A stretch of DNA of 64,000 nt from Nemertoderma westbladi (taxonomy: Eukaryota > Animalia > Xenacoelomorpha), in NCBI GenBank assembly GCA_032718475.1, contig JAUCBJ010001501.1, forward strand, positions 191 to 64,190, given 5' to 3'. This document shows, piece after piece, positions 26,809 to 40,030 of this stretch. The first letter of the stretch is position 1. The number at the start of each line of letters is the position of its first letter. The notes beneath the pieces were generated by a model. It saw only the letters and a list, made by a program, of their open reading frames with translations, did no database searches and was not told the DNA's origin. The translations under genes were made by a program, and so were the position numbers.

Positions 26809-28082
26809 ACTAAATGTACACGAAGTGGGGCCTTCGCGCAGCACGTGAAATGAGTTAATGCTAAGTATCAACTCGAAAGGATTATAAAAGCATAGGAGAA
26901 GATTTTCCCGGAAAACGTTAACCCTCTAGCGGGAGACTGGGTAACTGAAGAAGGAAGGATTAGTTTCCCTACAAAGCCACATCCTATGGTCTATTACATA
27001 TCTACCAAGTTTCCGATTGACGGATCATAAATAACGAAATGTTGGAAGGTTTTCACTTTCATACATTTAGCCCTCTAGCGGCATATTAAAGAACTACGGA
27101 TCGATCACCTTCCTCACAAAGACGAGGCATGTGGTCTAGTACATACCGGTACTGTATATTCCAAAATTCAGCTTAAATAGATTAAGATCAAGGAATTCGC
27201 GAAGGTTATCACTTTCCTACATTTCGCCCTCTAGCGGCAGACTCGAAAACTCCGGACCGATTACTGTCCACACAAAGACTTAGGATGTCTTCTAGTACAT
27301 ATATGACAAGTTTCAGCGTAATCAGATCATAAACAACTAAATGGAAGAATAATTTCACATTCGGGACATTTCGCCCTCTAGCGGCAGACTGGAGAACTGC
27401 AGACAGATTAGCCTCCTTTGAAATTTACAGCTAATGGTCTAGTACATACTTCCCAAGTTTCAGCTTAAACGGATTAAAAGCAAAGAAATGGGTGGCCATT
27501 TAATGTTTAGACATGTGGCCCTCTAGCGGGAGACTGGAAAACTTCGGACCGATTACAATCCACACAAAGACTCAGGATGTCATCTAGTACATATATGACA
27601 AGTTTCAGCGTAATCAGATCATAAACAACTAAATGGAAGAATAATTTCACATTCGGGACATTTCGCCCTCTAGCGGCGGACTGGAGAACTGCAGACAGAT
27701 TAGCCTCCTTTGAAATTTACAGCTAATGGTCTAGTACATACTTCCCAAGTTTCAGCTTAAACGGATTAAAAGCAAAGAAATGGGTGGCCATTTAATGTTT
27801 AGACATGTGGCCCTCTAGCGGGAGACCATTGCACTGATGGTGTCTGAAAGTCTCTCAAAAATCTCAACTTTTGCTCATATTGATACCTACAAATTTTCAA
27901 CTTGGCAGCTTTAAATCCGACAAAGTTATTAGCATGTCAAAATCGTAACGACGACGACAACGACGACGACGACGACAACGACGACGACGACGACGACGAC
28001 AACTATTTGCATAAATTGACCCACCCCCTAACAGTGTCAATTCGCTAAGGCTCCGCCAACTTCGTGGCTCGCCCCACAGGCC
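26809..28082 (+). mobile_element. Helentron/DINE-like non-autonomous element with ~147-bp internal tandem repeats
   Basis: Seven CCCTCTAGCGG-anchored units, (GAC)n at ~27948-28002, 3' end GCTAAGGCT...CGTGGCTCGCCCCACA shared inverted with 56685-56722; AATACAAT flanks both sides. Confidence 0.65.
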
Positions 28083-28970
28083 AATACAATGCTGTAATGT
28101 CCTCTAAGGTTGTAAAGTGCTACATAACAACTCGCTGTTAATACTAACGGCGGCATTGAGTAATGTTACAATTTCAAGTCTATGAAGTTAAAAGCATAAA
28201 GAGCTATAGCTCTATACGTAAAATTCCTAATCCAGAATTCTATACTGAATAAATTTATTTATGAATGAGATAATATTGGTTATTATTATTATTTAACATA
28301 TTAAATTATGTATATGTATTGTAACTGTAATATCATTGCTTACCCATACAATAAGAATGTAATATTTATCGTATTATATTAATAATTGTAAAGGACTACT
28401 TATTGTAATAATCATTGTTTACCATATAATAAGTATGTAATAATAATTACAAGATCAAAAATTCCTATAACAGTATTTCGGAAACAACCTGAACCACATA
28501 TTTTGGATTCTATATTACCTTGTTAATGATAAAAAAAGTATATTATTAAATTTTATTTTGCTGATTATATGTTTATTCATGGAAATTCTGCGGAAATTTG
28601 GTCGACATTTTGTCATGTATACCTTTCTGCATTAGCAGTCAGTTGGCAAAAACACCCACAGTGAGCGAATAGTTTTGTACTGTTGCCACTGCGCTAGTCC
28701 ACCTACATAGGGTACTGGTAATTGTACAATCGGACAACTGAGAATATTAACATCACTCAAACAAACTCGACTTATTATTACCGGCCCTAGGGCCAGAATT
28801 AGTCCATCACCAAAAGATATAAGCCAGGCAGCGCGTAAGCAAAACAAAAACCACCTCACTACAAAAGTCGAATGGTCGGGATCTGGAGCCAACACGGATC
28901 CCGTCACACCTCTCAACAACAGGCCTGATGTTGAGAAGGCCGTGCCGTTAAAATCAGAAGTTGAATTTTA

Positions 28971-29710
28971 GGGGGGGGGGGGGGGGGGGGGGGGGTACAC
29001 CATTTTCGGACAACTCTTCGATTTATCACTCTCAGCGTTTCAAAATTGTTTGATTTTGGCTAAAATTTGGCATATAGGTGCCTAAGATGCTATTCTACAT
29101 GACAGGTCAGAAAATTGTTTTTTTTTCGCTATTTAATATTAGTTAATACTAGTTAACAACAAAAAAACTTGGTTGCGCTTAAAACCCTAAGGCTTTTACA
29201 GTTTTGAACCTAATCACATGAAAGTTTTTTTATATGGTAGATCAAAGATGGGGCAACATAACTATCAGGCGAAATTTTGTTAAAATAATTCTGCTCCGCT
29301 AGGTGGCGCTGCAAATTTATGCAAATTTTTAGGTTTTTTATAAATAGTATTAAATTTTATTAACAACAAATTTCGAAAATTTGCCTGATACTTTTATGCA
29401 GGGTGGCTATCTAGACATCCACAGGAAGTTTCAGACTAATTACTCAAAAATTGTAGAAGTAGTAGGGTTTTGAAGTTGACAATTTCATGAAAAAAATATT
29501 TGGAGATAATCGACCTTTCATTATACATAGTAATAGTAATTTCAATAGGATTCCGTAAATGGAAATTTACATAACTTGAAAACTAAAAGAGTTATTAAAT
29601 AGCGGTTTTCAGATTTGGAAACCCATTCAATGGTGCATTACAATAGACCATAAAAAAAATTTCGACATATTTTGGACCAAAATGGTGTACCCCCCCCCCC
29701 CCCCCCCCCC
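28971..29710. mobile_element. Kolobok-like MITE
   Basis: TIRs (G)nTACACCATTTT / AAAATGGTGTA(C)n; flanks TTTA and TTAA. Confidence 0.7.
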
Positions 29711-30432
29711 TTAATAAGTAAAGTAAGTACAAACACACAAACACAAACAAATATAAATACATGCTAAACATACAGGTATCTGTCGCAACCCTAACCTTAA
29801 GCCTACCCGCCATACACTAAATGATACCATTAATAAACTGCACAATAACTAAGCCTATATTCTATAAGAAAATATATGACAATTTTGTCGCCATGAAAGG
29901 GGTATGACTGAGGCAAAAATAATTAATTTGTGAAAAATATGGTTGCGTTTCGGTGTCTTGGACCAGTACACGCTAATCCTCGACACCTCGTCAGCTGGAC
30001 AGGGAATTAGCCAAGCCTATCTATAATGCACCACCAATGACCTAAATTAATCGCACCATCAACTCTGTTACCACCTAGCCCAAACAGAAGTCAGACCACA
30101 GAACACAGGAACCTTATAGGCATATGGTAAGTAAATATGTTACCAATGGAAAACTGGTAGAGTGCTAGGGCACACACACAATACAAAATTTATATAAGAT
30201 TTTATGATTTGCAGTAATGTCGGAATTGTGCTCCACTTTCATAAGATGATAATTGATGTTAACGACATACTGACTAACAGGGGGTTGGTATGTATATATT
30301 AACTTAAAGGAAGAACAGGAGTCTTACACCCCCAATAAAAAATATAGAATCAGGACATTTAGCCCAAAAGGTAGGGACAAGTTAAGTGAGAGTAGATTAC
30401 AAAAAGTATGGACAAAGGTTAGAGGTAGGCAC

Positions 30433-30900
30433 AGTCCAAACTGTATGCTACATGTGTTGAAACAGACGGCAATAGACCAAAGGATGCACTATGACAACAG
30501 TGTGCTTGAGACGGTCGAGAAGGATTTTTATATAGACGATGGTATCAAGTGCATTGACACAGTAGAGGATGCTACAGAGTTACCTAGCAACAGGGAGTTT
30601 CCCGTTAACCAAATTTGTGTCGAACTCTCATGAGTTCATAAATCAATTTCCCGTTTAAGATCGAGGGTCTGGAAGCATCGAGTTGGGAGTAGAACAAATT
30701 CCCACAGCCAGGGATTTAGGTCTGGCTTGGGACCCCAATGACGATACCTTCCCGGTTTCTCAACCCATCAAAGACTAAGAGGGATCTGGTTATCAGTAAT
30801 GATCAGTTTGTTCGATCCCTTTAATTTTATCACTCCAGTGATTCTGCAAGTGCGCGGATACGTGCGCGATATATGGGTTGATGGTATCTGTTGGTGCCGG
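30433..30900 (+). mobile_element. Degenerate BEL/Pao LTR retrotransposon pol fragment
   Basis: SPNC...LKQTA...DFYIDD, then LGLAWDPNDDTF, TKR and LFDP..FITPVIL-type motifs across broken frames. Confidence 0.8.
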
Positions 30901-30942
30901 CTAATCGGTGTATCCTAAGGCAATGGAATTACATTGTTTTAG

Positions 30943-31170
30943 TAAATATGTCAATTTTGTAAATTGATTGTTTGAAACTTGTTTTTCACGCAATTGGGGT
31001 TTTTTAGGGTTCTGGTTTCGATGAAATATATACGAGTTGCACCAAGCGTATCAAACCTCTATTTTTCTGTGCTGTGTGCAAATTTTTGTGCTAGCACGAA
31101 ATTTTGAAAAAATCCATTCAATAGATAAAATTGCTTGTGACAATTTATTTCTTGCGTTTTAGAGGTTTTT
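30943..31170 (+). mobile_element. Fragment of the 10.5-kb DNA-element family
   Basis: Near-identical to 10930-11160. Confidence 0.85.
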
Positions 31171-31949
31171 AATTCACATTAAATAAAATATGCAATTATA
31201 AGTATATATATATACTTTAACTATGCTTGAAGTAAATAAAACAAATAAAACTAAAACTGAAAACTGTACCTAAGGAAGCGGAAATCAAAATAGAGAAGGT
31301 CTTAATATCCAAGGCCAGTAAGGTAAAATCAATTAAGATTAAGGTAAGGAAGGTTAGGAAGAGAGCTGGGCCCAATTCTAAAAATGGAGAAAAGCATATT
31401 AAGTAGTTGGGGCGGAGATTGAGGAAGGACAGGAGGGAAGTTAATGTCAACTTGAACAGACAGTCGGACAAACCGTTGGATTTTCAGAACAAATGTGTCG
31501 AGACCGAGATTTCAACCAGGTCGGCACGGCAAGTCACCCGACATTTGTAATCCTCCGCAGCTCGAAAGATACCAATCCTGAAACAACATCACAGATTAGA
31601 TTAGGCACAACTAATCAAGTTAAATTAGAGGAGGACTTGGTGGAGGAAATACCACCGGGGCCAGCTGATATTAAACAGGTGGATAATCGTACAACAATTA
31701 TATCGGATGTTAAACTTCCTTCTACATTGATTTAGTGAAACTCAACTCATCTCCAGCGGAGATACAGAAAATAAAGGGGCTTCGTCACAAATCCCTGGAT
31801 GAGAAAACTTCCAAAATTGAAGGGTTATCTCTAGATAAGATACAACAATCCCAATGTCTGATGTACTGGTGTGGTTATATTTCAGCTCCAAAATTACAAG
31901 TAGTGAACAATTTTCATAAAATTTGCGGCTAATTGTTTTTCAATACAGG

Positions 31950-32870
31950 TTTTATGTGGCGCAAAATCCATTGGAAAATATTTAAAATTGATCTAAGTAC
32001 CGTATTATTAATGTCTTTTTTAGTCTTCTATGTAGGCAAAAAATGAAAAAAACATGTAACCAGCACTTTTCGGTTTGATCACAAAATTTTAATTCACTTA
32101 TATACGATGCCATGAAATCAGGTAATCCAATAATGGAACACATTTCTAATTTAAGAGATCATTGCTACATGTATTTTCAGCGTTATATGGCAAATGTTGG
32201 TGCTAGCACCAAATTTCGTACCCATCACCAAAAAGTACATGTTTGAGAAGTCCAGTGCTATTTTTATTGATTCCATCAGATCCAGGACCCTCATAAACCC
32301 GTATAACGCAAGAAACAAGATGATACTATCTATTGATCAATTTGCTTATTTTCAAAAATTTGGTGCTGGAACAAAAATTTTTCACCAACCTGCGAAAAAT
32401 ACAAGTTTGAAAACTCTTATGAAATTTTTACTTATTCCATTGTATTCCGAAAACTTACAAACCGTATAACGCAGGAAACAAGGTGACACAATCTATTGAT
32501 ACATTTAATGGTTTTAAAAATTTGGTGCTAGCACCAAATTTTGCTCCCACTTCCGAAAAAATAATACAATTTTGAGATATCTAATTAGATACTTATTTAT
32601 TCCATTGAATTCAGAACCGCCACAAACCTCTAAAACGCGGGAAATAAGTTGTCACAAGTAATTGTACTTTTGAATAGATTTTCAAAATTTCGTGCTGGCA
32701 CCAAATTTTGCAAACAGCACCGAAAAATACAAGTTTGATACGCAATGTGCAACTCGTATATATTCCATCGAAACCAGAACAACAAATAATCCAAATTTCG
32801 GTACAGGTACAAAGAATCAATTTACAAAATTGACATATTTCAAAATTTGGTTCTGGTGCCAAAATTTGTG
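31950..32870 (-). mobile_element. Inverted copy of the 10.5-13.8 kb DNA-element family lacking the RTE insertion
   Basis: Its reverse complement is collinear with ~10890-11346 joined to 13333-13830. Confidence 0.85.
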
Positions 32871-33266
32871 TTAGCGCTTTTAGTAAAATATGTTCCTTCC
32901 ATCTCAATTTCATATATTTTGACTCTTTTGCAACTACGCAGAGATTCCATGCACTGTGGGCCCTTAATTACTGGTCTGATACAATGAACGGAGTTGCGCT
33001 AGTGTACCTGTCACCGAGGACCGCTCACTGTATTGATTAGTTCCCCTTTGTTTCCTTCTTATGTATTGATTTGCTCTATAACTTATTTAGTTCGATATGG
33101 TATTTGATTATCTATTGTATTTAACTGAGATATGATACCGGGAGAGTGTGGCAACACAGTATAACAAGCGACTAATTAATTCTGTAAGGACTCAAGTCTG
33201 GTGTTTGTGTTTCCCTTTAGGGGAAACGTATTGTGACTTGTCTTTATGTCTAATTATATTGATATT

Positions 33267-33883
33267 TGTAAGCGGATTCATTTCCCTACATTACCCACCC
33301 AAAATGGGACCAGTGGCATTTTACCAATATAGTTGGCGATGCGAGATTACCAATAAATAATCTCGCCTCATATCCAACTCGGGGGGGGGGGGGGGGGGCG
33401 ATACACGCCCTAAGCCACAGAGAGAGGTGAGAGGTCAAACCACCTCAGAGGGACAACCCAGCTAGCGAGGCTACCACCAGGGAAGTGACAATTAGTATAT
33501 AAGCCAATAGCGGGCAGGGAAGCACGTGGGGAAGGATAGGAGGGCATCCATTAGGTACCAAAGGCCACAGTAGTGTAGAGCTGAAACCAATATGTATCAA
33601 TCATATAGTTACACGATTACTGATTTACCGGTCAGTTGATTATCACACAGTTGCGGACCGTCATTTCATATGTGCTGCTGTCGTCATTTATGCTATACTG
33701 ATTATTGTTACTATACCTGTATACATCTGACTGTGCTATTATTTCTGAGATCATTAATACTGAGAAACAAACTCTATTATTTTCCCCAACGGCCTTCGGC
33801 CAAAGATATTAGCCCAGCAGCCCAGCAGCCAAGTGATGCATACAACCTTACCCGGTCGGGATCTCAGACTCGATCCTGTCACA
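33267..33883 (+). mobile_element. Solo LTR (617 bp)
   Basis: TGTAAG...GTCACA termini; 5-bp TSD ATATT at 33262-33266 and 33884-33888; homologous to 40031-40591. Confidence 0.88.
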
Positions 33884-36800
33884 ATATTTCTACCGTAATC
33901 AATTTATGACAACTCTCAATCGTGATAAAATTAATAATAAGGGCTTTGCTTATAATAATGATCTGAGATATCGCCATATATTAATTATTTAGTAAATCAG
34001 AGGTATGACAACACACGGATCTAATAAAATTGTCCAGATTATCACTAATACTTAATTGTAGAGACCCACCTTATTATGGCACGTGTAAAACTTTCTTGAT
34101 TTCGTAATATCGGCGATATATTAAACAAACAAAGAGAGTAAATTGAGTTTAACGACAGAATATCAATTAATAATATTATAATGTCACCAAGACACAGACA
34201 TTAACGACAAAAGTTAAAGACAAATCAGGTTCACTCAAGGTAATAATATGAGCCAATAAGACGTCACGAATCTCATTGAGGCATCCTATTGATTTGAATA
34301 TGGGTATAATGGCACTAGATGGCGTAAAAACCCTTACTAGAAAATAATTCAATAATTAATATTATACTGCAACTGGTTTTTTATCAATAAAAATGTAGTT
34401 TTGGACCAAAATTGGTAAAATAAGTAATTTAAAGGCAGAATTTATGAATGCAGCAACGCCGCGTCCATTCATTTAGCTACCAGGGTGTTAAAATTAAAGC
34501 AAAGGCTCAAATTCGTACATAAAAGAAGGTATAGTAAGTAAATAATTCAGTTATCAACATCAAACTAGAATTATATAGGGCATATGTAACCAACATATAA
34601 AAAATGTCTCAACTTGTGAACAAAATAATCAGAAAGATCAATGAATCTCCATTACTTCTAAATAAGCGAACTATAGTGCTAGAATCATTTAAAGCATGTA
34701 TTAAAGGTTTCAGTTTGTGAACAAAATAAGCTAAATGGATTATTGGGGACACCGTTTACTTAGTTTACATATAATATAAAGTAAAGATATGAGTCATATA
34801 AAGTAAAATAGGGCTAATATAAAGTAGCCAGAAAAATTAATGTTTATTTTCGGGACCTTTTCTTCTTGGAGGGTCGCTTACGACGCTTCATTGGTGGTGA
34901 ACTGGTGTTTTGCGACAAAGACGGGGATCCTCGCGCCTGCAGCCCCTCAGCGGTGGAAGGATGAATTTCCAGAGAGTCTGGAGGGGGCGCGAATGTATGC
35001 ACGGTTGGTCTACCAGTGTTCCCGGTTGGTAACAGTTAACAGTTAACAGTTGATAACTGTAGTTGCTGCCGGAACGGAATGATGTAATAACTTCACACTC
35101 TTTCGAAGTACTTTGGCTGGTGAAGATCTAGAGGAAGGGGTTAATGTGGATTGTGCCGCTTTGTTAAGGATGGCTGCAGTGACCAGTCCTTTAAGGGTTT
35201 GTGATGAAGTTGTAACAACACCTCCTTATCTGAAACATACCTTAGCGGCTTGAGTGTCTCTTCTGCAAGATGCGCGGTGTGATGGAGGTACACAACTCGA
35301 TCCGAAGTTTGTAACAACTCAGGATTGGCGGCGACAAACTCGTAACCAAGATTGGAGTCTTTTTGAATAAATTTGATAAGGTTGTAAGTCGTGACATCAC
35401 CGGGGCTCGTACGGCGAAGGAATGTGTGCACGTATTGAATATTGGTGAGTTCTGAGACGGTTAATAGTAATTGGTAATCAGGAAGGTGGGATCGTTGCGC
35501 TTCAATAGCAAAGTCGTAGGGATTGAAGGCAAAGACTCCGCAATATGAGCGGGTTGAATCATAACGCAGGCGCATGAATTGGTGTAAATCAGCGGAATGT
35601 TCCCACAATTTAATATACTTTAGGAGGGATGTTTCATTGTCCCGTTGTGTCAAGTCAAAGGGGCAGGAGCCCGGATAATGTCCCTTTAGTAGACATTTAT
35701 CACACTGTTCCGAGAATTGCTGACAGTTGAAGAATGTGTCGGTATTTTTGAGAATGAACTCACGATATTGTTGTTCAATGTTGCGTTGTTCGGGGTTCAT
35801 TGGCAGTTCGATGTAGTTTCCCGAAGGATTCATACGCAGTTCCATGCTTTGAGCGAGCTCGGTGGATTCGCCGGTGCAGTCAGCCGTCATCGTATCCATC
35901 ATCTCCGCGTGTTGTTTCCGAGAACGTCGCTTGGTGGAGGGGAGTGTCTTCATAGACATTGCGAGTTTGAGTAGCATAGTGTGTGGAGGGGTAGGCGAGC
36001 GTCACCTCCCCAAAGGCACTGAGACACACCGCGACGCAGTCCCTGGTCAATCCCTTATGGCGAGAATCGAGTTTGCAACTACCAGCAGTACCGAAATATC
36101 GTGGCTATATGCTAAACTTTCTTCAAGCCAGGGAGACAGGGGACTGACCCAGAGCCATCACTGATCTACTACGACTATAGTATCTGTGAAGGGTTGGACA
36201 ATTGCGTGTACCTTAAATGTCACACTATTTGTTGGTATTTCACACTATTTAGCTTAATTTAGTGCTTATTTGTGCACTTTTGTTCAACATTCGGTCAAAA
36301 TACGGTTCAAAAACGCTTAACTTAAAACATTTACCAGAATGTCACTGTTTTGTGTTTCCATGATAACAATATTACCTTTCCCATACAAGCTGAGTTAAGC
36401 GATTGCATTCACAGTTGTACGAGTTCTATCTATGTTTCCTGGGAAACACGTTGTTTCGTTGTTATTTAATTATTCCGTTACATGTTGGTAAATAGAGATT
36501 AGAATGCTCACCTCTCACACTTATTTCACATTAGTAACTACTGTAATAGTTATTTGGGCATTTATGGCGGATATTAAATTTAGTTGTGGTTATTAATTAT
36601 TAATTTGTGTTTAATAGAATTTCGAATTTTTTTTTTGAAAATTGCATATTTCTATGCCTGTAACGTCGCACAAATCCGCTTCCACGATTGAGTATTGTCA
36701 TTAGTAATTAGTCACTTATTTTGAATTATTTAAGTTTTAAATCAAATAATTTACTGTTAAATTAAATTGTTGCATATGTTGCGATCATATACAACGTACA

Positions 36801-38279
36801 ATTAACAAAAGTAGGTTTTAAGTAGGTGCGCACCATAGTCTAATACTAATACCTACACTGTTACAAATGGCTAATAAACAATTGACGCATACAACCTTAA
36901 AAGTGACGCATACAACCTTACCCGGTCGGGATCTCAGACTCGATCCCATCATAATATTTCTACCGTAATCAATTTATGACAACTCTCAATCGTGATAAAA
37001 TAAGGGCTTTGCTTATAATAATGATCTGATATATCGCCATATATTAATTATTTAGTAAATCAGAGGTATGACAACACACGGATCTAATAAAATTGTCCAG
37101 ATTATCACTAATACTTAATTGTAGAGACCCACCTTATTATGGCACTTGTAAAACTTTCTTGATTTCGTAATATCGGCGATATATTAAACAAGCAAAGAGA
37201 GTAAATTGAGTTTAACGACAGAATATCAATTAATAATATTATAATGTCACCAAGACACGGACATTAACGACAAAGGTTAAAGACAAAAGGCATGAAATAA
37301 ACACCGGTCATCAGTAATCTGACCAGTATCTAAAAGGCCTGCATTGGGAGGTAACTCCTCTGCAGAATGTTAATGATCTGAGTGGATAAAAGATAAACTA
37401 ACAAGGATTATATATTATAAGACGTCACGCATCTCATTGAGGCATCCTATTGATTCGAATATGGGTATAATGGCACTAGATGGCGTAAAAACCCTTACTA
37501 GAAAGTAATTCAATAGGAATAATTAATATTATACCGCAACTGGTTTTTTATCAATAAAAATGTAGTTTTGGACCAAAATTGGTAAAATAAGTAATATAAA
37601 GGCAGAATTTATGAATGCAGCAAAGCCGCTTCCATTCATTTAGCTACCAGGGTGTTAAAATTAAAGCAAAGGCTCAAATTCGTTCATAAAAGAAGGTATA
37701 GTAAATAAATAATTCAGTTATCAACATCAAACTAGAATTATATAGGGCATATGTAACCAACATATAAAAAATGTCTCAACTCGTGAACAAAATAATCAGA
37801 AAGATCAATGAATGTCCATTACTTCTAAATAAGCGAACTATAGTGCTAGAAAGCATTTAAAGCATGTATAAAAGGATTCAGTTTGTGAACAAAATAAGCT
37901 AAATGGATTATTGGGGACACCGTTTACTTACTTTACATATAATATAAAGTAAAGATATGAGTCATATAAAGTAAAATAGGGCTAATATAAAGTAGCCAAA
38001 AAAATTAATGTTTATTTTCGGGACCTTTTCTTCTTGGAGGGTCGCTTACGACGCTTCATTGGTGGTGAACCGGTGTTTTGTGACGAAGACGGGGATCCTC
38101 GCACCTGCAGACCCTCAGTGGCGGAAGGATGAATTTCCAGAGAGTCCGGAGGGGGCGCGAATGTACGCACGGTTGGTCCACCAGTGGATGTTCTCGGTTG
38201 GTAACAGTTAACAGTTGATAACTGTAGTTACTGCCGGAACGGAATGACGTAATAACTTCACACTCTTTCGAAGTACTTT
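33831..38279. repeat. Local direct duplication: 33831-35114 repeated at 36901-38279
   Basis: Collinear and highly similar; right copy has ~130 bp (~37288-37418) where the left has ~30 bp of different sequence. Confidence 0.92.
35141..35977 (-). CDS. Orphan 278-aa ORF with a CCHC zinc knuckle; probably truncated and TE-associated
   Basis: CDKCLLKGHYPGSC fits C-X2-C-X4-H-X4-C; intronless, non-repetitive; downstream frame ends in MKRRKRPSKKKRSRK* at 34844. Confidence 0.55.
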   Translation of the reverse strand: MLLKLAMSMKTLPSTKRRSRKQHAEMMDTMTADCTGESTELAQSMELRMNPSGNYIELPMNPEQRNIEQQYREFILKNTDTFFNCQQFSEQCDKCLLKGHYPGSCPFDLTQRDNETSLLKYIKLWEHSADLHQFMRLRYDSTRSYCGVFAFNPYDFAIEAQRSHLPDYQLLLTVSELTNIQYVHTFLRRTSPGDVTTYNLIKFIQKDSNLGYEFVAANPELLQTSDRVVYLHHTAHLAEETLKPLRYVSDKEVLLQLHHKPLKDWSLQPSLTKRHNPH

Positions 38280-39533
38280 TTTTGTACTTAGTACTTTTTG
38301 TACTTTTAGTACTTATTTTGCCGAGTCAGCTCTCGGGGCAAATACCACACCCTGGTTTGCCATTCTACAGGGTGGGTGTCGCAATGGAGTCAGAATGAGG
38401 CCCATCACCCATTGCATGACTCCATCAAGTTCGGAAATAATGTTGGAAAGTTTTAATCCATTAATTAAGTTACATTACCTTTGCCACCCGAGGCAACCGG
38501 AGTTTGGTGCGGCGTAATAATTTGAGAATAATCAGATAAATCTGATAATCAGAGAATGGCCCTACAGAATGCGCCGTGGTTTTTAAGTTATGCTCACTTC
38601 GGTTTTTGCTACTGCGAGACTCCATTAACCCGAACTTATATCTCACGAACAGAGTTAAAATGACCCAGATTCGCCCTATCCTGGTCTCTTCTACTACTAT
38701 TGCATCACAGAAACCCTATTAGGCCACATTTCTGGATTCAATGCCTTATCCCTATCATGGCGACAAATGCTAACTTTAAAACTTGACAAACAACACTCAT
38801 TATACAGTACAACCTCAATAACGTTGAAATGTGCTACTTTTCACACAATGTGCCTGTTTTTGGCACATATGTAAAGTACCGTGACATAGTTAGTACCAAT
38901 CAATATAAGATTTTTAGGATTAATAACTATTTACATCAATGTGTGACAAGTTTTTTTTGTGTCAAGGCACTTTTCAGCGTTATGACCCCAGTGTATTTAT
39001 GTACCAAGCGGGGGCAGTAAGGGGGGTTCACATAAATATACAAGGGTCTTATACGCTGAATAGGGCCGTTTTCACACAATGATATACGTAATTTTGTTAC
39101 ATTATGACATTTAACTCTGCCAATTAAGTAAAATCTAACTCAACATGTGGTACACTAGTAGTCTGGAAGAAGTTTTGAAATTTTCCAAATCTAATTTACT
39201 TGCGGTTACAGTCATTGCGGTAAAAAAACTTTATTGATCTAAGTTATTTTAGTTTGTATTTTGTACTCTCTTTAGACCAGCCCTTATGGCAGAGTGGCCT
39301 ATAGGATGAAACGATGCAAAATCACGAACTTAGTAACAAAAACTTCTAAAACACGTCTTGAGTATTCTCCATACATTATAGCCATTGTGCGATTGTGGGG
39401 GCCAAGCGTAAGATTATTTACCGTTCAGTTAATACAGTATTCCAAAACATTACGTAGTCGGTATACCTTGTGCACATCATCCTTTCAATTTGTTTACTAG
39501 CTATTTTTAAGCAATATTTTTTTACCTCATTAA

Positions 39534-39904
39534 GGCCTGTTTACACGTGGCAACTTTTAGAGCAACTTTCTCGGCAACTTGTAGAGCAACCCAGGTTGCT
39601 GATCAAGTTGCTCCGTGTAAACACGTAAAAAAGTTGCCGTAAAAGTTGTTCAACTTTTACGGGAACTTGAAGGAAATTGCGTTGGCGAAGTAAAGCGAGA
39701 TAATCAAATTAAATTATCAAAAACTAGCTAGTAGATAAAATGACCCACTATTTTACAGTCAAACTAGCCAAGTTGCTCTAAAAGTTGCTGGCCAAGTTGC
39801 TGGTAATGTTGCCACGTGTAAACAACAACTAATTTAAGTTGTTCCAAAAAAAGTTGCTAGTTGCCGAGAAAGTTGCTCTAAAAGTTGCCACGTGTAAACA
39901 GGCC
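39534..39904. mobile_element. MITE (PIF/Harbinger-like TIR sequence)
   Basis: ~45-bp perfect TIRs GGCCTGTTTACACGTGGCAACTTTTAGAGCAACTTTCTCGGCAACT; TTAA on both flanks; internal AAGTTGC subrepeats. Confidence 0.9.
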
Positions 39905-40030
39905 TTAAGTCTCATTTATTTATTACATATTTAATAAAAACTTTACAAAATTCAGATAATGTTAAATAATACCCACCACCAGCTGACGTTACTAAGCAAC
40001 AAAAATAAGAGGGGAATTTAAAATAAAAAG

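Noticed and set aside
28632-31932. Short ORFs at 28.6-28.9 kb and 31.2-31.9 kb as BEL/Pao gag relics
   Set aside because: Plausible given the nearby pol relic, but no motif could be read with confidence
33831-38279. LTR retrotransposon with 1.3-kb LTRs around the zinc-knuckle ORF
   Set aside because: Repeats lack TG...CA ends, PBS/PPT and TSD, begin inside another LTR and include the ORF's own 3' region
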